From assembly GCF_009914755.1 (NCBI RefSeq), contig NC_060926.1: 64,000 nt of DNA. One strand, given 5' to 3'. A program made the translations under genes and the position numbers. Position 1 is the stretch's first letter. Each line of letters starts with the position of its first letter. Below, one piece after another: positions 44,286 to 64,000 of this stretch. Under the pieces are notes generated by a model, which was given only the letters and a program-made list of their open reading frames with translations, searched no databases and was not told the origin of the DNA. The stretch comes from the human T2T-CHM13v2.0 reference genome, Homo sapiens.

Positions 44286-46396
44286 TAGTTTTTAACCCAC
44301 TTCCTGCTGGAAGGAGAGAAGAGGTCTGTGACTTCTGCTCAGCTCCACCATGGAGACCAAATCAAGCAGGCTTTGGAACTGCTGCTTCAGGTGAATGGTA
44401 ACCAGAAACCCAGGGAATTTATAGAAAGGGCAAGGTCAAAGAGCTGAGAAAAAGACTTAAGTCATGGTCAACACCTGCCAATGCAATGGTGTAGGCATGA
44501 AAGGGCTTGAAGGCTGAGAAATGCCACTAAACTAAGTGACAATCCCCAGCATCTCCCTTGAAAAGGTATTAATGGGCTTCGAAATAGAAAAACTGTTAGT
44601 TTGCTGTGAGGCTTCTTGTTTATTTATTTATTTATTTATCTATTTATTTATTTATTTATTTTTGAGACAGAGTCTCGCTGTGTTGCCCCAGATGGAGTGC
44701 AGTGACGTGATCTTGGCTCATTGTAACCTCTGCCTCTGCAGGCGATTCTCCTGCCTCAGCCTCCCGAATAGCTGGGATTATAGGCGTGTGCCACCACACC
44801 CAGCTAATTTTTGTATTTTTAGTAGAGATGGGGTTTTGCCATGTTAGCCAGACTGGTCTCAAACTCCTGACCTCAAGTGATCCACCCCTCTCAGCCTCCC
44901 AAAGTGCTGAGATTACCGGCGTGAGCCACCGCGCCTGGCTGAAGCTTCTTTACTCTATAAGTAATTAAGTATGGCAGGATGGATGGATAATTTTTGGGAT
45001 TCAAATGTCAGATTCATAATCATATTGTTCAGCAAGGAAAGGAAAGCAGGTCCACTGATGTGTTCGTGCAAGAATAGCTATTAACAGGGGTCCATGGAAC
45101 AAGGTCTAGAGGATCTTGGCACTTAAATCAAGATAAGGTTTTTTTATATTAAAAATATTTAATAAAGACATTATCACAACCTCTACAGTCCCAATGAATT
45201 CTCAGAATTGGTGAATTTTACAGGGCTAAAGAAGAGAAAAAGAAACCAGAATATCCCTTAGAAAAAGTGAACACGTGGCAGAATTAAGGTCTGGAGTAAC
45301 AAAACAAATGGTATAGGTGGGCCTCTGCCACTTATCCAGATCTCTGGCCAGTGAGTTTCAGTGCATGGGGGCCAGTTGATCTCCAACCCCAATCGGAGTT
45401 CTGGTGAGCCAGCTGGGCTCAGATGAGAGACTTCACAGCCTGATTTGCTTTCAGCGTGAGAGAGTATGTCATAAGCAGTATCACTGTGAATATTTGGCCA
45501 CTTATTTTTTGGCATTTTTCACACCCCAATTTATTGACCACATTTGAAGCTTGGGGAGATGAGAGATGGCCCCATATTTTCTTTTGCTTTGGCAAAGAAG
45601 ACCATCTAATGGGAGCCTGCAGTCTTGAGGATTTTTGCCTAGTGAACATATCCCTTCTTGCCTGTGACTGTGCAATTTCTAGAGAATTTCCCCATTCTTC
45701 AACCTTAAGGATTTCAGGCACAAGGTATGAATCACTAAGAATCTAGCAGCAGCTCTAGAAGCCTCCAAAGATAATTGCACTTCCCCAACAGGGGGACGGG
45801 GGTGGAGTGTAAATATGAAAGAACAGTGGATGGCCTAAATCAGTATGTGTCACTCTTTGTAAAGAGCCACAAGTGTTTGACTAGGGAAAAAGGAAAAGAG
45901 GCGAGAGTAACGAGAAAGAGACACCAAGATCGAGAGGAATGGGGGAAAGGAGATCTCTATGAGGTGTTACTGTGAGTCATGGATAGGTTTTTATTAATAG
46001 ACTCTGAAGTATATAAATAGAATTGGAATTCCTTTTATTTTATTTTTTTTGATATGGAGTCTCTGCTGCCCAGGCTGCAGTGCAGTGGCACAATCTCGGC
46101 TCACTGCAACCTCTGCCTCCCGGGTCAAGTGATTCTCCTACCTCAGGATTACAGGCGTGGGCCACCAAGCCCGTCTATTTTTTTTATTTTTAGTAGAGCC
46201 GGGGTTTCACCATGTTGGCCAGGCCGGCCTTGAACTCCTGACCTCAGGTGATTCACCTGCCTCGGCCTCCCAAAGTGCTGGGATTACAGGCGTGAGCCAC
46301 TGTGCCCAGCCTGGAAATCTTTTTAAATACTTCTTGTTGGTGACCACTGTTTATTTGACTGTGACATCATGCAGATACATGGGACCATGGAGCTCA

Positions 46397-46693
<297 letters not shown>

Positions 46694-46696
46694 TCA

Positions 46697-46882
<186 letters not shown>

Positions 46883-47079
46883 TTATGCATAGGCCGGAGA
46901 GAATGTCACCAAGGTACTCTTTAAAGGCATAGCTCCATGTTGGATAACAAAGCATTTGATTCATTCACTCATACATTCATTTATTCAGCAAACCTACTTA
47001 CTTGACAGGTATTGTATTAGGTGCTGAAGATTAATTCTAAACAAGGCACACACCCTGACTGTATGAATCTTAAAGACTA

Positions 47080-47180
47080 GGACTGAGCACAGCAACTACG
47101 GCTTATGGGCCAAATCTAGCCTGTGTTTGTAAGTAGTTTTATTGAAACACAGCCATACACATTCATCTACATATTGTCTT
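47080..47180 (+). mobile_element. MER58-type hAT MITE fragment
   Basis: gcaactacggcttatgggccaaatctagcc...ttttattgaaacacagccat. Confidence 0.65.
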
Positions 47181-47591
47181 TTTCTTTTTCTTTCTTCTTC
47201 TTTTTTTCTTTTTTTTTTTTTTTGAGACAAGGTCTCACTCTTTCCCAGGCTGGAGTTCAGTAACACTCAAGCCATCCTCCCACCTCTGCCTCCCACGTAG
47301 CTGAACTATAGGGGCACGCCACCACACCCTGCTAATTTTTTTATTTATTATAGAGATGGGGTCTTGCTATGTTGCCCAGATTGGTCTCAAATTCCTATCC
47401 TCAAGTGATCCTCCCACCTCAGCCTCCCAAAGTGCTGGGATTACAGGTGCGAGCCACTGCACCCCACCTTAACCTTTATTTCTAAATGTTAAATACAAAG
47501 ATAAATGATGAGGCCAGGCATGGTGGCTTATGCCTGTAATCTCAGCAGTTTGGGAGGCTGAGGAAGGTGATGACTTGAGGCCAGGAGTTCA

Positions 47592-47841
<250 letters not shown>

Positions 47842-47918
47842 TCATTACAAGTAGGCACAAGCATCTGCCTGCTTATTATGTCTTCTAGTTTAGCTGGACC
47901 TTAGCCTTTATGTATTAA

Positions 47919-48110
<192 letters not shown>

Positions 48111-48426
48111 TGAGTGCCACCACGCCCGGCTAATTTTTGAATTTTTAGTAGAGATGGGGTTTCACCATGTTGACCAGGCTGGTCTCGAACTCCTGACCTC
48201 AGGTGATCCGCCCACCTCGGCCTCCCAAAGTGCTGGGATTACAGGTGTAAGTCACCATGCCCAGCCTTATTTCTCTTTTATATCACAGGTAAATAAGAAT
48301 TTTAAGAAATCGTGTGATTATAAAGGCTATATCACTTGTGAATTGCATTTCAGCAAATTAGAAATACTTTTTTAAAAAGCTAATGGTGGGTTTTATAGGA
48401 TTAGAACCCTTGTCTTGGAACATTAA

Positions 48427-48768
<342 letters not shown>

Positions 48769-51331
48769 TAGTCTGTACATACAAACCCCTATGTGTCCAT
48801 ATATACTGCACAAACAAAGCAAATCTCTTTTTATAATAGAGTTTGTTATTATAAACCGTCACATATAACATATGTCATAACTACCTCCCATGGACATAAC
48901 AACTTCCTGTGGAAAGAGTGAACCTCACTTGTCTTTAAATATCCTTCCTGGCCAGGCTCATTTTCTTGGAACAGGACCAAACTAAAACAGTTTTGGCATA
49001 TATTATTACCTCTCTAGCGTGAAAAGAGCCATGGTTCTTGTCCTTAAGAGTTCACTGTCTATATAAATCTGAATTTGGATATGCAGTATACATGATACTG
49101 TACTGCAAGTTTCAGTAGCTGCAAGTACGCTCACATCCTCGTCTAACTTTCATCCTCTCTTCCCTTGGAGTAATATCCAACAAGACTGCAGGACTGTTGT
49201 AGAAGATGTGTATCTCACCATTTTAATCACTGCAGAGGCCACAGTGGGGAGGGCAGCTTTGCAGATTTCAAGAATCTGAGGCCTTTCTTCCCTTGCTTTT
49301 TCTCTGCCTACTCCCCCTCTTCATCTTTGTTTTCCTCCGTGTTCCTCTCTTCTCCCTCCCACTCTCTTGCATTTGCTGAGCCTCCACAGTTTGAGTCACA
49401 GGCTGCATCCCGTCTTGAAGGCGTGATCATTAGTCAGGGATGCAGGATCAGCCTTCCCTGGGCTTTCTGTGGGCATCTGGGAGGCTGCAGGGAGACCAGG
49501 GCTGCTGGCACAGCCGATGCACCTCCAGAATTTTTGCTGAGACCAAGGGCAATGACAGCCCTAGAGACAGAAGGGATACAGGAGAATCAGTACTGGACAT
49601 TGACGGAGGCTGTGCAGGGGAGGTGGAGAAGGTGGAGAGGGAGTGTTGCCGTCTGGGGACTCAACAGGGGCACAGATGGAGTGGCAGATAGGGCTCAATG
49701 TGCCTGCCTGGTCTCTGAGGAGAAACCTCTGACTGAATGGGACCCAGAGTGCAGCTATTAAGCTGGTCATCTCCCTGGGGTGTCACTAGGGATAGGCATG
49801 ACACAGAGTGAGTCCCCCCACCTGCAGCTGCACCTGGGACCAGGCTTTAACCTCCCTTCTCTCTCCTCTACCTTGGTTCTCATCCCTCCTCCCACTCCCT
49901 CTAGGCAAACAGTATTCTGATGCTTCCTAGCATTTGCTATGAGGTAATGCTCTGGAATCCCTAGTTATTCAAATTATATAAACCAGGGGACTCAGAGAAA
50001 GAGAGGGTGCTCTCAGAATCCAGTCCTGCAGCCAAGGAGGAAGTCCTTCCTTCCTTCATTTTACCAGGCTGTTTCAAACCAAGGCACTGGGTTTTTTTGA
50101 AACTTATGGTAAGTCTCCTTTCTTATCTTTTCAACTTAGAGTCCGTGTGAGAACCGGGACACCTGTCCTGTTGAAAAGGGGGACGCAAAAGCTGAAAATG
50201 CCCGGAAGGATATGGCTTCCTTGAACTGCGGGACGTGTAGCTGCAGCTGTGGGGTGGACCATGGAAACAGGTTTGAAGAGAGAAGCTCTGTTCTTCTTCA
50301 TCTCCCGTCATTGTTCTGAGCCAGTGTTCTGCCTCCTCCCTAGGGATGAAGTTTGGTAGCAAGGGTCAGAAAAATTAAAGTTCAAGGTTGGCACAGATTC
50401 CCAGGGAATGAAGGTGGAAACCACTGTCTACCCTTCTCCAAACTCAAAAACGTGAAATAATGGATTCTTTTTGTGTGTGAGATGGAGTCTTGCTCTGACG
50501 TCACCCAGGCTGGAGTGCAGTGGCACGATTTTGGCTCACTATAACCTCCTCCTCCCAGGTTCAAACCATCCTGCCACCTCAGCCTCCTGTGTAGCTGGAA
50601 CTACAGGCGCCCACCACCATGCCCAGATAATTTTTGTAGTTTTAGTAGAGATGGTGTTTCACCATGTTGGCCAGGCTGGTCTCAAACTCCTGACCTCAAG
50701 TGATCTGCCCGCCTCGGCCTCCCAAAGTGTTGGGATTGCAGGCGTGAGCCACTGGGCCCAGCCAAGAGGGACTCAGTTTTCACCTTGGCATCTCTAGAAA
50801 GGGAAAACTTGGGGAAAACCCACACCTCTACCCTTGAGTGAAGATGCCAAGTAATTATATTATAGTTGATCTTGAGTGTCCTTTTTTTTTCTGTGCCTCT
50901 CTCTCATCCCTTCCTGTTGTTCTTCTCTTCTTCCAATTTATTTCTGTCTGGGGGATTATGTGCTCTATCCAGAAACGCCCCACCCAGGCCTCTGGGGCAG
51001 GAGTTCATGCTGTAAGATTACTTTCCTTTCTCCTTCTTCTGCACTTCATCACAACTCTGGTTCCCTGGAGGGTGCAGTTTATCTTAGCTAGTAGTTAGGA
51101 GAAAAGCATCTAGTTAAGCTAATTCAAATTAAAACCATGAAAATGCTCTTCTTAAAGAGCTTGGCTATTTCCCCTTACTCCTGAAAACAGCCACACAGGA
51201 TACCCAAGTGGGCTGACATGACGGAATCATCTTTAAACCAAGATGCTCCTCTCTCCCTTGCCTGTAGTCTATGAGCTCTGTAGGCTGCTTTAAAGAAGGC
51301 AGGGCTTGCTTTCTTCCTCTCATGCCTCTGA

Positions 51332-51533
<202 letters not shown>

Positions 51534-52337
51534 TAGCTGGGATTACAGGTGCGTGCCACCACACCCAGCTAATGTATTTGTATTTTTAGTAGAGACAGGG
51601 TTTCATCATGTTGGCTAGGCTGGTCTCGAACTCCTGACCTCAGGTGATCCACCCACCTCGACCTCCCAAAGTGCTGGGATTACAGGTGTGAGGCACCGTG
51701 CCCAATCCGTACTTGACATTTTTAACTCCTAGGGTCCTTGGGCAGATATCCACATCCTGTCTTGGGAGGCAGTCCTGGTCCTTAGCTCTCCACCCCAACC
51801 CCCTCATATCCCTGGAAATTGAGAGCTGCCAGGAGCAAAGCAGATTGTTGCTGACCTCAGAAGAACACAAGTTGGCCATTTGTGAGGAGGAGGGATTCAA
51901 TAACCTCCTGGAACAGAAATAATGAAGATGAGGCCAGTCTTTCACGTGTGGCATGTTTTCTTGGTGTGCTTTGCTCCTTTGGAAGAGACTTAGGGGACAG
52001 GAGCATGAGAATGGGGCCCCCAAATATACCTGTTCCTTCTGAGGCAGATGAGAGGCAGCCCAAATGAAAGCCCTCTTCCTGACTGGTGCTGAGACAGCTG
52101 TCTCTACATCATTTCTCAAAAAGCAGCAAAGGACTACATGGAGGTGAAATTCTTCCCCATCTCAATTTGCCTGCTTAGCCAAATGTGGAATGTTGTAGAA
52201 TGCATATCTTCAATATTAGTCAGGATTTTGTCAGCTTCCAAGGCAAGAAGGAAGGGATTCGTTGACTCCAGTACCGGGAAGTTTAAAACATGACTCTTCC
52301 GATGTGACTGGGTTTAGGGATTTAAATAATATCATTA

Positions 52338-52649
<312 letters not shown>

Positions 52650-53335
52650 TCATTAGTTCCATCTCCCTCGGTTGACTTGTTTGTCTTAACATTGGCTTTT
52701 TTCTCAGGTAGGATCTCTCTGCTGAGTGGCAGATGGCCTTGGGCAGCGATGAGTATTACATTGTTTTCCCTGCGTGTCTTTCCCGTCAGCTCCATCAGAA
52801 GTACCAGGGAGGACTCTGACAGGCCTGGCCTGGGTAAGGTGTCCTTGCCTGAACCAATCATTGCAGCCAGGAGGATGAAGTCCTCTAATTGGCTAGCTCA
52901 CATTATGACCCCAACATGTGTGGGGAAGACCAGGCAAGGAATTAGCCACCTTGTTAGGTAGAGGAGGAGAAATTCTCAAAAGGAAAATATATTAGGCAGA
53001 TAAAAAGTAATATAACTATACACTTTTATAAGTGTCAACTTACTCATTACTAATGCAAATTAACCAGCAATAGGGTGGGAGATATGAGCAATACCAAGAT
53101 TTATAAGACATGTTTTTTGTCCTTAAAGATCATATAATCTATTTGTTCCAGAAGCTAGTCACATTCTCTAATAATTTGAGGAAACATGAATGAATTCATT
53201 GGAAAATATTTGCTAAGTGCTTACTTAATGCCAGACATAGCTCTAGATTCCTGTTATACAAAGATAAAAGACAGCTTTCTTCCCATAAAAACCTTACAAT
53301 CAAGTGAGAGAGACAAGCAAACTAACAAACATTTA

Positions 53336-53595
<260 letters not shown>

Positions 53596-53897
53596 TCAGC
53601 CTGGGCGGCAGAGCAAGACCCTGTCTCAAAAATCAATTAATCAATCAATCAATCAATACAAATAAAGTTTAAGGCCACAGTTGCAATGACAGAAGTATGC
53701 ACAGTTATCATGAAAGCCCCCAAAAGGCACCACCTCAACCTTGGGCTCAGAGGAAGCGATTTGTAAGCCAGAGCTTGAAAAACAAGTGGGAGTCAGATGA
53801 GATTGGATGGTGGGGAAGGATCTTGCAGGCAGAGGGGCTAGTTTGTGCAGAGGTACAGGGTGTGGAGTAGGGTGGCGTATTTGGAGAACCGTAAATA

Positions 53898-54552
<655 letters not shown>

Positions 54553-55150
54553 TAGTTTGAATGGAGTACATGAGTGGGTACAGGGAGAGATGAACCCAAA
54601 GCGGTAGGCAGGAGACAGATCACAAAGGGCCCTGGGTCAAGCATAGATTTCAGCTTGCCCCTGATTTTGAACAGGGGCATGGATGTGTCCAGATTTGCAA
54701 TAGAGCATGCTCATTCTGGCAGCATGTGAGTGGAGTGAGCCAGACTGAAGGCAGGAAGGAGAGTCAGGGGACTGCCGTGGGAAGGCACTCGAGACGTGGT
54801 GGGGACTCCTTCTGTGCAGGCAATGTCAGCTGATAAAATAGATAATTAGAAAAGTCACCGTTCTGCAACCCCAATTCAGGCAAGGATCCAGATTATCAGC
54901 AGATGCTAAGATATTCACATGGTTTTAAAGAGTCACTCCACAGATTTTTTAAAATAATTTTTTATTTTTTTTGGCCAAGTACGGTGGCTTTACCCCTGTA
55001 ATCCTAGCACTTTGGGAGGCTGAGGTGGGTGGATCATTTGAGGTCAGGAGTTCAAGACCAGCCTGACCAACACGGCAAAACTGGGTCTCTACTAAAAATA
55101 CAAAAAAATTGGCCAGGTGTGGTGGCGCAAGCCTGTATCTCAGCTACTTA

Positions 55151-55270
<120 letters not shown>

Positions 55271-55335
55271 TTATTTTTAATTTTTGTGGGTACATAGTAG
55301 GTGTATATATTTATGGGGTATGGGAGATGTTTTGA

Positions 55336-55801
<466 letters not shown>

Positions 55802-56679
55802 TAAGCAAGAGATCAGGCTCCACATAGTGGGACAACCTGACGTTGTGGACCTTCCAAGGGATGTGATAAGCGATGGGTAACATCTCCTGTACAGTATTCT
55901 TTCCAAAGAGCTTCAACCTGAATCTAATAATGAGGAAACAACTAGGCAAATCCAGAATGTGGGAGGTTACGTAGGAAAACAGGCTGGAACTGTTCAAAAA
56001 CTCAGTGTCATAAAAAACAAAAATAAAAACAAAATGGGAGGAGAATGTTCTAAATCAAAAGAAGGAGAACCAACCACCACATAAAATATGTAACCCCTAA
56101 TGAGATCCTGACACTTAAAGCTGCCTGAAAGATGGCTGGGCACAGTGGCTGACGCCTGTAATCCCAGCACTGTCTCAAAACAAAAAACAAAAAACAATAA
56201 AAGCCACATGAAGGACACTAGGGAATAGTTGGGGACAGTTGAGTTTGAACTCAATATGGGGTACTGGTTTTCTTAGGTTTGATAATGATATCATGGTTAT
56301 GTAGGAGAATGACTTTATGCTTAGGTGATGCTGCAGCATTGAGGGGTGAAGTGTAATGATGTCGCCAACCTACGTCCAAATGACTCAGGAAAATATGCGT
56401 GTTCTTATGTACCTACATGACATAGGGATGCTTTTACATATATATGATATATGGAAACTATCATATATATGACAGCTAGGGGTGTTCTTACCAATGTGGC
56501 AAAATTTTAACAATGTTTCTGTTTGCATGAAGGATCATGGGAATTCTTATATGATTCTTTCAGGGTTTTTGTGTTTTTTTGGTAGTTTAAACACCATGAA
56601 AAAGAATAAAAATAAGAAGCGGAAGTAGGAGAAGGAGAGGAATTAATGGCAGTTTGACCCAAGACAGTGGCAGTGGTTT

Positions 56680-58120
<1,441 letters not shown>

Positions 58121-58763
58121 AGGGAAGAAGTTGGAATTAAGAGAAATACAGGAATATTGGGAATCTGTCCTGATGTGGAATAATATATGGGGATTCAGCT
58201 AGCGTGAAGTTAGGGAAACAAGCCCAGTCAGAGGGGTTCCAGTCCCAGACATAGATTATATGACATACTTTCCTAATGCAAACCGTGACAAAAATCACCA
58301 TAAATCAACCATAAATCACCAAAAATCACCATAAATACTTACCTTACCACACCAAGCAGAGAGCTGTGAACAGTGCTGAATCCGGAATCAGGATGCTGGA
58401 GTTCTGATCCCGGCTCTACCACTGAGCAGCTGTGAGTGAGGTGAGCTCTTCTGGGGCTCTTCCTCTGAAAAATGAGAAGATTGGAGCACACGTTCCCCGA
58501 GGCCCTGTTCTATCTTTCACAAGTACACAGTTGTAGTCACCCTTCCTTATTGACGTTACTGAGTCATCTGAGCTAAGTGTTAATGAGATGTTGTCGCGTC
58601 TGCCATTTCATTCTCGCTGTCTTGATTTATTTCTCCAACCATCTTGGCCACCCTCTCATGAGAGCCTGTCCTTGACTAAACAAGGTCTTCACTAAACGCT
58701 GCGCTTTACGGGGGAGCTGTAATAATTGCCACTTCCTCATGGTGTCTGCCCTAGATTTAGTGA

Positions 58764-59243
<480 letters not shown>

Positions 59244-59765
59244 TAGCCACTATTAAATTTTTTTCTGAATGGTGTGTGTGTGTGTTGCATAGTTCATCTC
59301 TTATCATATACATAATTTTGTATTCTTTTTTTTCATTTAATAATATACGTTGCACACTCTCTTGGGAGGGAATGGAACAGACTCCCATTCTATAATTTCT
59401 TTTTCAGAATTTTACAAGCTTGGAATACCATTATGGCATTTTAACAGCCCTCCATATATATTACATTATATACCCAAGAAATGTAATGCTAAGATGTGTT
59501 TCTTTATCATATCTTTTTCCATATAATTAAAATATTCAGTATTTTCATATAAGAAAATTTCCAGGCCAGGCCAGGCATGGTGGCTCACGCCTGTAATCCC
59601 AGCACTTCAGGAGGCTAGATGGGCAGATCACTTGAGGACAGGAGTTCAAGACCAGCCTAGCCAACATGGCAAAAACCCATATCTACTAAAAGTACAAAAA
59701 CTGGCCAGGCGTGGTTGCGAGTGCCTGTAATTCCAGCTACTCAGGTGGCTGAGCCATGAGAATCA

Positions 59766-60095
<330 letters not shown>

Positions 60096-62255
60096 TCAAG
60101 ACCCCGTCTCTACAATGTTAAAAATTAGCTGGGTGTGGTGGTGGTACCTGTGGTCCCAGCTAGTCAGGAGGCTGAGATGAGATGAGAGTAACACTTGTGC
60201 CCAGGAGGTTGAGGATCACAGTGAGCTGTGATCGTGTCACTGCACTCTAGCCTGGGTGACAAAGCGAGACTGCAATTAGAAAAAAAAAAAAACAAGAGAA
60301 TTTTCCAAATAACTGGGCAACTCTTTTCCCACCTTCTCTTGTTTTGATGTAAGGCTGGCCTGTTACATCATCAATACTATTGGGGAAATACCAGGACACA
60401 GAAAAAATGAGGGGAAGAAATATAGTACAATGTCTTAGTTTATGATACTACATTGTTAATGGTGGATCCATAGAAATACATCTGGGTGATAGTGGCATTT
60501 GTAGGGTGTGTATGCAGTGAGTGGGTGGTAGGGGAGAGGCAAGTGGGGAGAGTAAAAAAAATGAATTAAATCGGATGGGTGTTGAGTGAGGCATGGTAAC
60601 TACTTTGGGAATTTTTTCTCTTCCTTTGTTACTAATGCCAAATAGCAAAGGCTAATGTTAATGTAATGGGTATATGTGTGTCTAAGTGGAGGGACAGACA
60701 GACAGACATCATGGGGGGAATGCATCCTAGAGTCGTTTTAAAATCAAAACCAGCACTAATGAAGAGCATTTTCTAATGTCATTATATTAATTCAAAAACA
60801 TCCTAACACTTGACAGATGGATATTCTTAAATGTCTCCAAGGAAGAACCTAAACCATTTGCTCATTCTAGAGTCTCATATTTTGATCCGAAAATTTCAAA
60901 CCACTTAATTCATCCTCATGGCTCTCCCGGGAAGTAAGGAGAAAGAAGAAATTACTCTCCACCACCTCTTTTATATGATATATGTCTATATACACTTACA
61001 TTTTTATTACACACTTAACTTTACAGGAAAGGAAATCCCATAAACTAGGTGCATCTCTCTGAAATCACTTTTAACCCTCATTAGCTTGGAGACATTCAAT
61101 TGAAACCATTGCCTACATACTCTCTGTCTCTCTGCATTCTTTCCAAATATACACATTTCAGTGACCATCGCACTTATTATTATTATTATTTTTTTTTTTT
61201 TTTGAGACAGAGTCTCGCTCTGTAACCCAGGCTGGAGTGCAGGGGCGCAATCTCGGCTCACTGCAAGCTCCGCCTCCCGGGTTCACGCCATTCTCCTGCC
61301 TCAGCTTCCTGAGTAGCTGGGACTACAGGCACCCGCCACCACGCCTGGCTAATTTTTTTTTTTTTTTTTGTATTTTTTGTATTTTTAGTAGAGACGGGGT
61401 TTCACCATGTTAGCCAGGATGGTCTCGATCTCCTGACCCCATGATCTGCCCACCTCAGCCTCCCAAACTGCTGGGATTACAGGCGTGAGCCACCGCGCCC
61501 GGCCACAGTTATTGTTTTTAATGACTGCATAGCATCTCGTTGTATCAGTACTTCATTGTTTACACAATTATTTTATTGTGAGAGCTTTTGGGGTTGTCTT
61601 TGAATTATTTGAAACATCATAAGTAATATTATGAATGCATCATTGTGCAAAATATTCTTTTTCCTTTTGGATTCTTTGAGTCCCATCGATGCTGGCTTTT
61701 ATTGTTATACACTTTGCTCATGTATAATAATAAGAGGTAGATAACAGAACTGCTAAGCTGTTTGTTTGTCTAATTTCTATCAATGGTTTAGGTTATGGCT
61801 TCTATTTTCCTGTGTATAAAATTGTCTATTCTTATTTTTTTACACTCTGGCTGTTTGCCAAGTAGAAGCTAAGGATTAACCATATACATTTTTATTAAAT
61901 CTAGATTTTTTAGGAATCTCAGCTTTTTTTCTCTTTTTTTTTTTTTTTTTTTTGAGATGGAGTCTTGCTCTGTGGCCCAGGCTGGAGTGCAGTGGCGTGA
62001 TCTCAGCTCACTGCAACCTCCACCTCCCGGATTCAAGCAATTCTCTGCCTCAGCCTCTGGAGTAGCTGGGATTACATGTGCCCGCCACCATGCCCGGCTA
62101 ATTTTTTTTGTATTTTTTTGTAGAGATGGGGTTTCACCATCTTGACCAGGCTGGCCTTGAACTCCTGACCTCGTGATCCACCCGCCTCGGCCTCCCAAAG
62201 TGCTGGGATTACAGCCACAAGTCACCGCGCCTGACCGGAATCTAAGCTTTTATGA

Positions 62256-62525
<270 letters not shown>

Positions 62526-63625
62526 TGATCCGCCCGCCTTGGCCTCCTAAAGTGCTGGGATTACAGGCGTGAGCCACCACACCTAGCCTGTGCCCTTCTC
62601 TTTAAACTTTGTTCCATTGCATTATTTTTTATGATGTAGTTTTAGATGTTATAAAGGGAGTGTAACGGGACTCACTCATGGACTCTTTTCCAAGAATTTC
62701 TGCAGCCCTTGGAAACTCCCACATCACCAATGCAAAAAACCTAGTACCTGAATCCTGTGGTCTCAGCATAAGAAAATAGCCTTGGCTCATGGTTGAAATG
62801 GGGACTGGGATATCCTAGGAAATGACCTCCTCTGTGGGGAGTATGGCGAGAGCTGGGTTGTCAGTCTCCAGGGACACTGCTATCAGTATCCTCCTTTTCC
62901 AAAATAATTGATTATTCCAAATAATCCAAATTATTCCAAATAATTCCAAAATAATGATTATTCCAAAATAATCATTGTAATATCTCAGAATTAAATCTCT
63001 GGCTGTCCTTTCAACCATGTGGTTAGGGACCAGAACTGATTATTCCCAGAGCTGCCCATAGGTCACAGGGAAGGCAAGGACCGCGTGTTTCCTTGACTTA
63101 AACATGCTTGCTCTGGGCCACTGTGATCACACAGTTGTCTTTCTTCCATTATCCTGGGCCTGAACGCATCACACGCTTCCCTGGCTTGAGGCAAGAGGTG
63201 CAAGATAACTGAAGGTTATCTTCATGGTCATCTCGAGTATGACCATTTGGGGCGGGAGTTGCTTGTGCACGTGCATGTCTGTGCATGTGTGCATACTGCT
63301 TATCTCTCTGCGTATCTGTTGGGCTGCACTTGCTATGCTTGCGCTACAGCCCCTCTTCTACAGTCCTGGCTGGAAGATGGAGGTGAGATGGCTGGATGAT
63401 AGTGGCAGGGAAGGGTGTTCACATGGCTGCTGAGCCACATTTACAGGCTCAGGCCATTCTGCTCAGCTGTGCACAGTTGGAATACAGGGGGTTATTGTTA
63501 CTGGAAGTGAGCTCCCTGTTCTAAATTCCACCAAAGTGTAAGTAACATGACCCAGGATGAGAATTCATCATGATTCGGCCAGGCACGGTGGCTCACACCT
63601 GTAATCCTAGCACTTTGGGAGGCTA

Positions 63626-64000
<375 letters not shown>

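Overview
Alu-dense primate (human-like) genomic DNA. The left third holds exons 1-6 of DNAJC27 (RBJ; Rab-like RJL GTPase fused to a J-domain) on the minus strand, with all six exons bounded by GT-AG and joining in frame. Its CpG-island bidirectional promoter (~20.0-21.2 kb) also fits a divergent plus-strand lncRNA (DNAJC27-AS1). The rest is non-coding and rich in repeats: about 60 Alus by my count, L1/L2/MIR, Tigger1, Tigger3a, MADE2, MLT1 LTRs and a Y3 RNA retrocopy. Two structures stand out. (1) In intron 1 there is a retrocopy that begins exactly at the 5' end of a U14/SNORD14 box C/D snoRNA, continues through ~155 nt of apparent host intron and a 3' splice site, then through spliced RPS13 3' exons to AATAAA and a poly(A). 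It looks like a fossil of a snoRNA-capped, polyadenylated (SPA-like) RPS13 transcript, and it lies sense to DNAJC27. (2) A chimeric THE1 (MaLR)/HERV-L element has ~2.65 kb of ERV-L pol joined between a truncated THE1 5' LTR and THE1 internal sequence at short microhomologies. Repeat-family and parent-gene assignments come from recalled consensus sequences, not from searches.
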